From an uncultured Actinomycetes bacterium (GTDB lineage Bacteria; Actinomycetota; Thermoleophilia; UBA2241), in the NCBI GenBank assembly GCA_963709345.1, contig CAVPVX010000004.1, positions 224,001 to 288,000 on the forward strand: a stretch of DNA of 64,000 nt, given 5' to 3'. Shown here one piece after another: positions 59,655-64,000 of this stretch (its first letter is position 1; every line of letters begins with the position of its first letter). The notes under the pieces were generated by a model that ran no database searches, had not been told where the DNA came from, and saw only the letters and a program-made list of their open reading frames with translations. The position numbers were made by a program, and so were the translations under genes.

Positions 59655-60995
59655 TCAGTTCCTGATCCGCTCGCGCTGCTCCGCGCCCCACAGCACGACC
59701 ATGTCCCTGCCGTCGGCTTTGGCCTGGTAGAGCGCCTTGTCGGCGAGCTCCATGAGCTCGTCGAGCACGGTCGCGTCCCGCGGGCAGGTGGCGACGCCGA
59801 CGCTGATCGTGATGTTGACTTCGGCGGGCAGCCCCAGCCCCGTGTAGCGCGTGCCTCCGAGGGTACGGCGCACGCGCTCGGCCACGTAGTACGCGTTCTC
59901 GCCTGGGGTGCTCGGCAGCAGCACGGCGAACTCCTCGCCGCCGTGGCGGGCGCAGATGTCGGACGTGCGCAGGGCGTCCTGCATGGCGCGCGCTACCGTC
60001 TGCAGGACGCGATCGCCTGTCGCGTGTCCGTAGGTGTCGTTGAAATCCTTGAAGTGGTCGATGTCGATCATCAGCACGCTGAGCGGCGCCTGGTGCCGGA
60101 GGCTGCGCTCGATCTCCTCGCCGGCGCGGTTCATGAAGTAGCGCCGGTTGTAGAGCCGCGTGAGGTGGTCGGTGACAACCTGGCGGCGGATCGCGTCGTA
60201 CTTGTGGGCGTTCGTGAGCGCGCTCTGGACGTGGTTCTGCAGCGCGCTCAGGATGTCGTCGGTGAGCAGTTCTCCGTACTCCCCGCTGGTGGAGCTGGTG
60301 AGCAGCGCCATGTCGCCGACGTTCTCGATCCGGACCGGGAGCGCCAGCTGGTGGGTCATCGTGTGGGGGTAGAGGGAGCACTTGTGGCCTTCGGTGCGCT
60401 GGAGCTGACCGGACGTGACCGCCAGCCTGACCGGACAGTCGGGGGTGTAGGCGCAGCACTCGGCCGAGATCGTCGGCGAGAGGACGCCCTGGGCGCCCTC
60501 GAGCGAGAAGGCGCGCGCTTCCGCGTCCAGGAGCAGCAGCGCCGCGAAGTCGGCGTGCAGGAAGGCCTTGCTGCGGGAGAGGACGCGCTCGACGGTCTCG
60601 CGGTACGGCAGGGCCGCGTTCATCTCGCGGCCGAGCACGCCGACGTCCATGAGCTGGCGGTTGAGTGACTGCACGCGCATGAGGTCGTCCTTGATGCCCT
60701 GCGAGACCCACTCCTTGTCCTCGGCCGCGGTGAAGACCGCGATCAGGGTGCCGACGAGGTACCCGAGCTCGCGGATCTCGTCGCGGTACCGCGGGTCGCT
60801 GCGCTCGAAGTTGCCGCCGAGGCGCCGGCGAGAGCGTGCGATGAGGTCGTGCAGGGGGCGAAAGACCCAGAAGTGGGATGCCACGGCCGCGACGGCGTAG
60901 AGCGCGAGCGCCGCGAGCACCACCAGCCGGGGGCGACCGACGTCCAGCCAGATGAGCGCCACCAGGACGAAGGCCGCAAGCGCCGCGGCAACCAC
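59655..60995 (-). CDS. Membrane GAF-GGDEF diguanylate cyclase (start uncertain)
   Basis: Two TMs, GAF, DHLTRLYNRR, DIDHFKDFND, I-site RTSD, RHGGEEF. Confidence 0.9.
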   Translation of the reverse strand: MVAAALAAFVLVALIWLDVGRPRLVVLAALALYAVAAVASHFWVFRPLHDLIARSRRRLGGNFERSDPRYRDEIRELGYLVGTLIAVFTAAEDKEWVSQGIKDDLMRVQSLNRQLMDVGVLGREMNAALPYRETVERVLSRSKAFLHADFAALLLLDAEARAFSLEGAQGVLSPTISAECCAYTPDCPVRLAVTSGQLQRTEGHKCSLYPHTMTHQLALPVRIENVGDMALLTSSTSGEYGELLTDDILSALQNHVQSALTNAHKYDAIRRQVVTDHLTRLYNRRYFMNRAGEEIERSLRHQAPLSVLMIDIDHFKDFNDTYGHATGDRVLQTVARAMQDALRTSDICARHGGEEFAVLLPSTPGENAYYVAERVRRTLGGTRYTGLGLPAEVNITISVGVATCPRDATVLDELMELADKALYQAKADGRDMVVLWGAEQRERIRN

Positions 60996-61185
60996 GGCCA
61001 GCGTCTTGAGCTCGAGGCTCAGGCCGCGGTTGTAGTCGAGGCAGGAGCCTCGCTTGCGATCAGCAGGGTTGGCCGTCGTGACGGACCTCGTTTCGGGGGC
61101 TGCGCGGCTACTTCCGGTATCGGCACGTCCGCGCAGACCATGATAGACGGGCGTTCGCGCGGGGTGGCGCCGTTACGCGCCCGGT

Positions 61186-61365
61186 CTAGATGCGGTTCAG
61201 GACGCGGCGGTCGTGCGTGGCGCGCCACGTGGTGCGCCGCTCGCCGCCGCGGCGGTCGCGAACGTGAAACGGACACACGGCGCAGTAGGTGCTGCACGTC
61301 AGCCGGGTGTCCACGTCGGCGACGCAGATGAGCGGTGGCTGGGGAGTTGTGCTCGGCCGGTTCAT
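61186..61365 (-). CDS. 59-aa Cys-rich micro-protein with DRR/ERR/DRR repeats
   Basis: MNRPSTTPQPPLICVADVDTRLTCSTYCAVCPFHVRDRRGGERRTTWRATHDRRVLNRI; co-oriented between the RR and DGC genes. Confidence 0.55.
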   Translation of the reverse strand: MNRPSTTPQPPLICVADVDTRLTCSTYCAVCPFHVRDRRGGERRTTWRATHDRRVLNRI

Positions 61366-61451
61366 GCGGACATCACGTGCATGTACGCCGCGGAGGCGCC
61401 GCCTCCTGCCCTCCGCACCCGCGGCGACGCTACCGCGACGGCGCGCGAGCC

Positions 61452-61820
61452 TCATCTCTTGAGGTACTCCTCGACGACGGAGAGGACCTGGGCGATGCGG
61501 AACGGCTTGGTGATGTAGCCGTCGATGCCGACGTCGGTCGCGCGCTCCATGTCGGTCGCCATGGCCTTCGCCGACAGCCCCACGATGACGATGTCGCGCG
61601 TCCCCGCGTCGGCCTTGAGCTCGGCCACGGCTTCGTAGCCGCTGACGACCGGCATCATCATGTCCATGAGGATGAGGTCGGGGTGATGTGTCTTGCTGAG
61701 GTCCACCGCTTCGCGGCCGTTGGCCGCCTTGTGGACCGTGTATCCCTGCGTTTCCAGTGACATCGAGACGATGTTCAGGATGTCGGGGTCGTCGTCTGCG
61801 ATCAGGATGGCCTTCGCCAC
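61452..61820 (-). CDS. Single-domain response regulator (DivK/CheY-like)
   Basis: ILIADDDPD, PDLILMDMMMPVVSG, LSAKAM, YITKPF. Confidence 0.95.
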   Translation of the reverse strand: MAKAILIADDDPDILNIVSMSLETQGYTVHKAANGREAVDLSKTHHPDLILMDMMMPVVSGYEAVAELKADAGTRDIVIVGLSAKAMATDMERATDVGIDGYITKPFRIAQVLSVVEEYLKR

Positions 61821-61833
61821 GATGTGCGCCTCC

Positions 61834-63672
61834 TCAGCTGATCTTGCCCGCCGACAGCGGGTCCGCCGGCCTGGTTGATATCGGCATGGTGAAGATGAAG
61901 CTGGAGCCCTTGCCGAGCTTGCTCTGCACACGGATCGTGCCGCCGTGCAGTTCGACCAGCTCGCGGACGATCGCCAGCCCCAGCCCGGTCCCTCCCTGGG
62001 ACCGGGTCGCCGACGAGTCGATCTGCGTGAAGCGCTGGAAGACCTTGTCCTGGTCCTCGCGGGCGATGCCGATGCCCGTGTCGTTGATCCAGATCTCGAC
62101 GAGGTCGTCCGTCGTCCGCGCCTCGACGCTGACGCTCCCGTTCTCGTGCGTGTACTTTATGCCGTTGGTGATGAGGTTGAGGAGGACCTGGTTGAGCTTG
62201 CTGGAGTCGGCCCAGACCAGGGGCAGATCGGTGGGCAGGAAGGTCGAGATGCGGATGCGTTTGTCCTGGGCGCGTGGCTTGACTACCGGCAGCACGCCGA
62301 GGAGGGCCGCCCGCAGGTCGACCGCTTCGCGGTTGAGCTCCAGGCGGCCCGCCTCGATCTTGGTCAGGTCGAGCACGTCGTTGATGAGGTTGAGCAGCGA
62401 TTCGCCACCCTTGAGGATGCTGTCGATGAACGCTGTCTGCTTCTCGTTCAGCTCTCCCGTCATCCCGCTGAGAAGCATGTCGCTGTAGCCGATGATGGAG
62501 GTCAGCGGCGTGCGCAGCTCGTGGCTCATCGTCGCCATGAAGTCGCTCTTGAGCTGGTCGAGGTGGGTCAACTCGTCGTTCTTGTGTGCCAGCTCCTCGT
62601 TGTACTGGATGTTGCGCACGACGAGCGCCACCTGGTCGCAGAGCGCGCGGAGAGTCGGCACGGCCGAGTCGACGACCGGATCGTCCCGCCGGTAGAGGAG
62701 AGCGACCACCCCGAGCAGTTCGCGCTTCGCCTCGAGCGGAGCGACGACGAAGCCGTGGTAGCCGTCCTTCTCCAGCGCCTTCAGCAGGCGCCCGACACGC
62801 GCATCGGTGACCGTATCGTGGCGCTGTGCGCCTTCGGCGGCGACCTCGACGATCCCAAGGTCCTTGTAGCGCCGCACGGCCTCGGAGTCGAGCGAGCCCA
62901 CGAGCGCGCGTTCCTCGAAGTCACCGCTGTTGCGGTTGAGGATCAGCGTGAAGCCCGAGCGGAAGCCCGTGGCGCCGGCGATCTGTGCGAGCGCCTCGGG
63001 GATGAGGCCGGCGATGTCCTGGTGCCGCAGAAAGACCCTGCTGCTCTCGCTCATGATCCGCAACTGCTCGTTGGTCGCCTGCATGCGCCGCAGCTGGGCG
63101 TCCGTGTCCGCTTTCGCGCCCGAGATCTGCAGAGTGCTGCGCATGAGGGCCTGAGCCTGTCTGCCCGCGAGCAGGGCGATCAGCAGGAAGGCCGCCGCAT
63201 GAAGACTGACGGCGATCAGCATCCAGTTGGCCGGCAGTCGCCCTCTGGCGACCATCGCGGTGACGTCGACGATCATCTCGCGCTGCAGGAGCCACACGGC
63301 GGCGTAGGCGCACGAAGCCGCCGCGGCGGCGGCGTACGGGACCCAGGCGGGCAGAAAGACGCTGCTGAGGACGATGGGCCAAACGTAGAACACCGCCGTC
63401 GGGCTCAGCGCGCCACCGCTGAAGACGACGCCGGCCGTGACCAGTGCGATGTCGGTGACCACGGTCGCGCCGGCCAGGGTCCGGGTGGCGACGTGCCCCT
63501 CGAGCGCGAAGAACGGGACGGTCGCCGCCACGACCACGGCGATCGCGATCGCCAGCTCCATCGTCACGAAGCCGTGATCGGCGACCTGCACCCACAGCAC
63601 GGCGGTGAAGATCGCGAGGGCGAACAGCATACGTGCGTACAGCACGTCGTGCAGTTGTCGGCGCAAGTCCAT
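61834..63672 (-). CDS. Multi-TM GAF sensor histidine kinase
   Basis: PilS-like TM region (FSGGALSP), GAF, MSHELRTPL, NLITNGIKY, DTGIGI, GGTGLGL, GKGSSF. Confidence 0.95.
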   Translation of the reverse strand: MDLRRQLHDVLYARMLFALAIFTAVLWVQVADHGFVTMELAIAIAVVVAATVPFFALEGHVATRTLAGATVVTDIALVTAGVVFSGGALSPTAVFYVWPIVLSSVFLPAWVPYAAAAAASCAYAAVWLLQREMIVDVTAMVARGRLPANWMLIAVSLHAAAFLLIALLAGRQAQALMRSTLQISGAKADTDAQLRRMQATNEQLRIMSESSRVFLRHQDIAGLIPEALAQIAGATGFRSGFTLILNRNSGDFEERALVGSLDSEAVRRYKDLGIVEVAAEGAQRHDTVTDARVGRLLKALEKDGYHGFVVAPLEAKRELLGVVALLYRRDDPVVDSAVPTLRALCDQVALVVRNIQYNEELAHKNDELTHLDQLKSDFMATMSHELRTPLTSIIGYSDMLLSGMTGELNEKQTAFIDSILKGGESLLNLINDVLDLTKIEAGRLELNREAVDLRAALLGVLPVVKPRAQDKRIRISTFLPTDLPLVWADSSKLNQVLLNLITNGIKYTHENGSVSVEARTTDDLVEIWINDTGIGIAREDQDKVFQRFTQIDSSATRSQGGTGLGLAIVRELVELHGGTIRVQSKLGKGSSFIFTMPISTRPADPLSAGKIS

Positions 63673-63794
63673 CCGGTCGGGTCATCCTCCGAAACGCTGG
63701 TAGGGTATTCTATCCCGGGCCCCGAAATCCGTTCGCGCATCGCGACTTCCGGCCATGGGGTGGAACCTTGCCGGTCGAAAGGAGGACCCCCGTC

Positions 63795-64000
63795 ATGTCG
63801 GTGCCGCGTCTCGTTGTGAGCGGGCTCGAGCCCGGCCCGGCGGTCGCGCTCGCGTCCGGGGCGCTCCTCTCCGCCTTTGCCGGCACGTCCGCCGTCCGCC
63901 CGGTCACCCTCGGAGTGGACGTACCTCTGTGGCGTCTGCTGCACGCTGCGGGGACCAAGGCGCCGCGGGTGCTCGACCCCATGGTCCTCGACGCCGCCGT
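63795..64000 (+). CDS. Partial CDS; N-terminus weakly resembles cobyrinate a,c-diamide synthase (CbiA/CobB) without the P-loop
   Basis: RBS AAAGGAGG; MSVPRLVVSGLEPGPAVALASGALL...PRVLDP. Truncated by the window edge. Confidence 0.45.
   Translation, partial: MSVPRLVVSGLEPGPAVALASGALLSAFAGTSAVRPVTLGVDVPLWRLLHAAGTKAPRVLDPMVLDAA

Overview
High-GC bacterial chromosomal segment, probably from an anaerobic or facultative Actinomycetota lineage such as Thermoleophilia (inferred from GC level, gene repertoire and leaderless-type promoters). No CRISPR array, rRNA, tRNA, prophage or intact mobile element was found. In order it holds: a frameshift-riddled HK/RR/REC-PAS signalling operon; an NfnAB/SudAB-type transhydrogenase whose large subunit has an unusual Cys-rich N-terminal extension; hemerythrin, glpK, USP, a QueG-like Fe-S protein, thrC and an autoregulated PadR; a PHP/partial-GT fusion, a HAD/AIR-synthase fusion, a secreted papain-family protease and a pilin with an inserted beta-rich domain; a PuuB-like oxidase preceded by a leaderless leader peptide with attenuator architecture; a Moco riboswitch in front of a deleted modA and a DUF364 gene; a five-domain chagasin-like lipoprotein; a ~1520-aa CoA-activase/dehydratase; general-stress genes; two tandem MBOAT-SGNH O-acylation cassettes plus a third SGNH; and an HK-RR-small Cys/DRR peptide-diguanylate cyclase module. 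Several decayed gene remnants (lysA, modA, MFS, EEP) are present. The leading candidates for undescribed biology are the leader-peptide attenuator (21736-21936), the Cys/DRR micro-protein in the c-di-GMP operon, the multi-chagasin lipoprotein with the nearby C1 protease, and the domain-inserted pilin. All family calls come from motif recognition by eye; no database searches were run.
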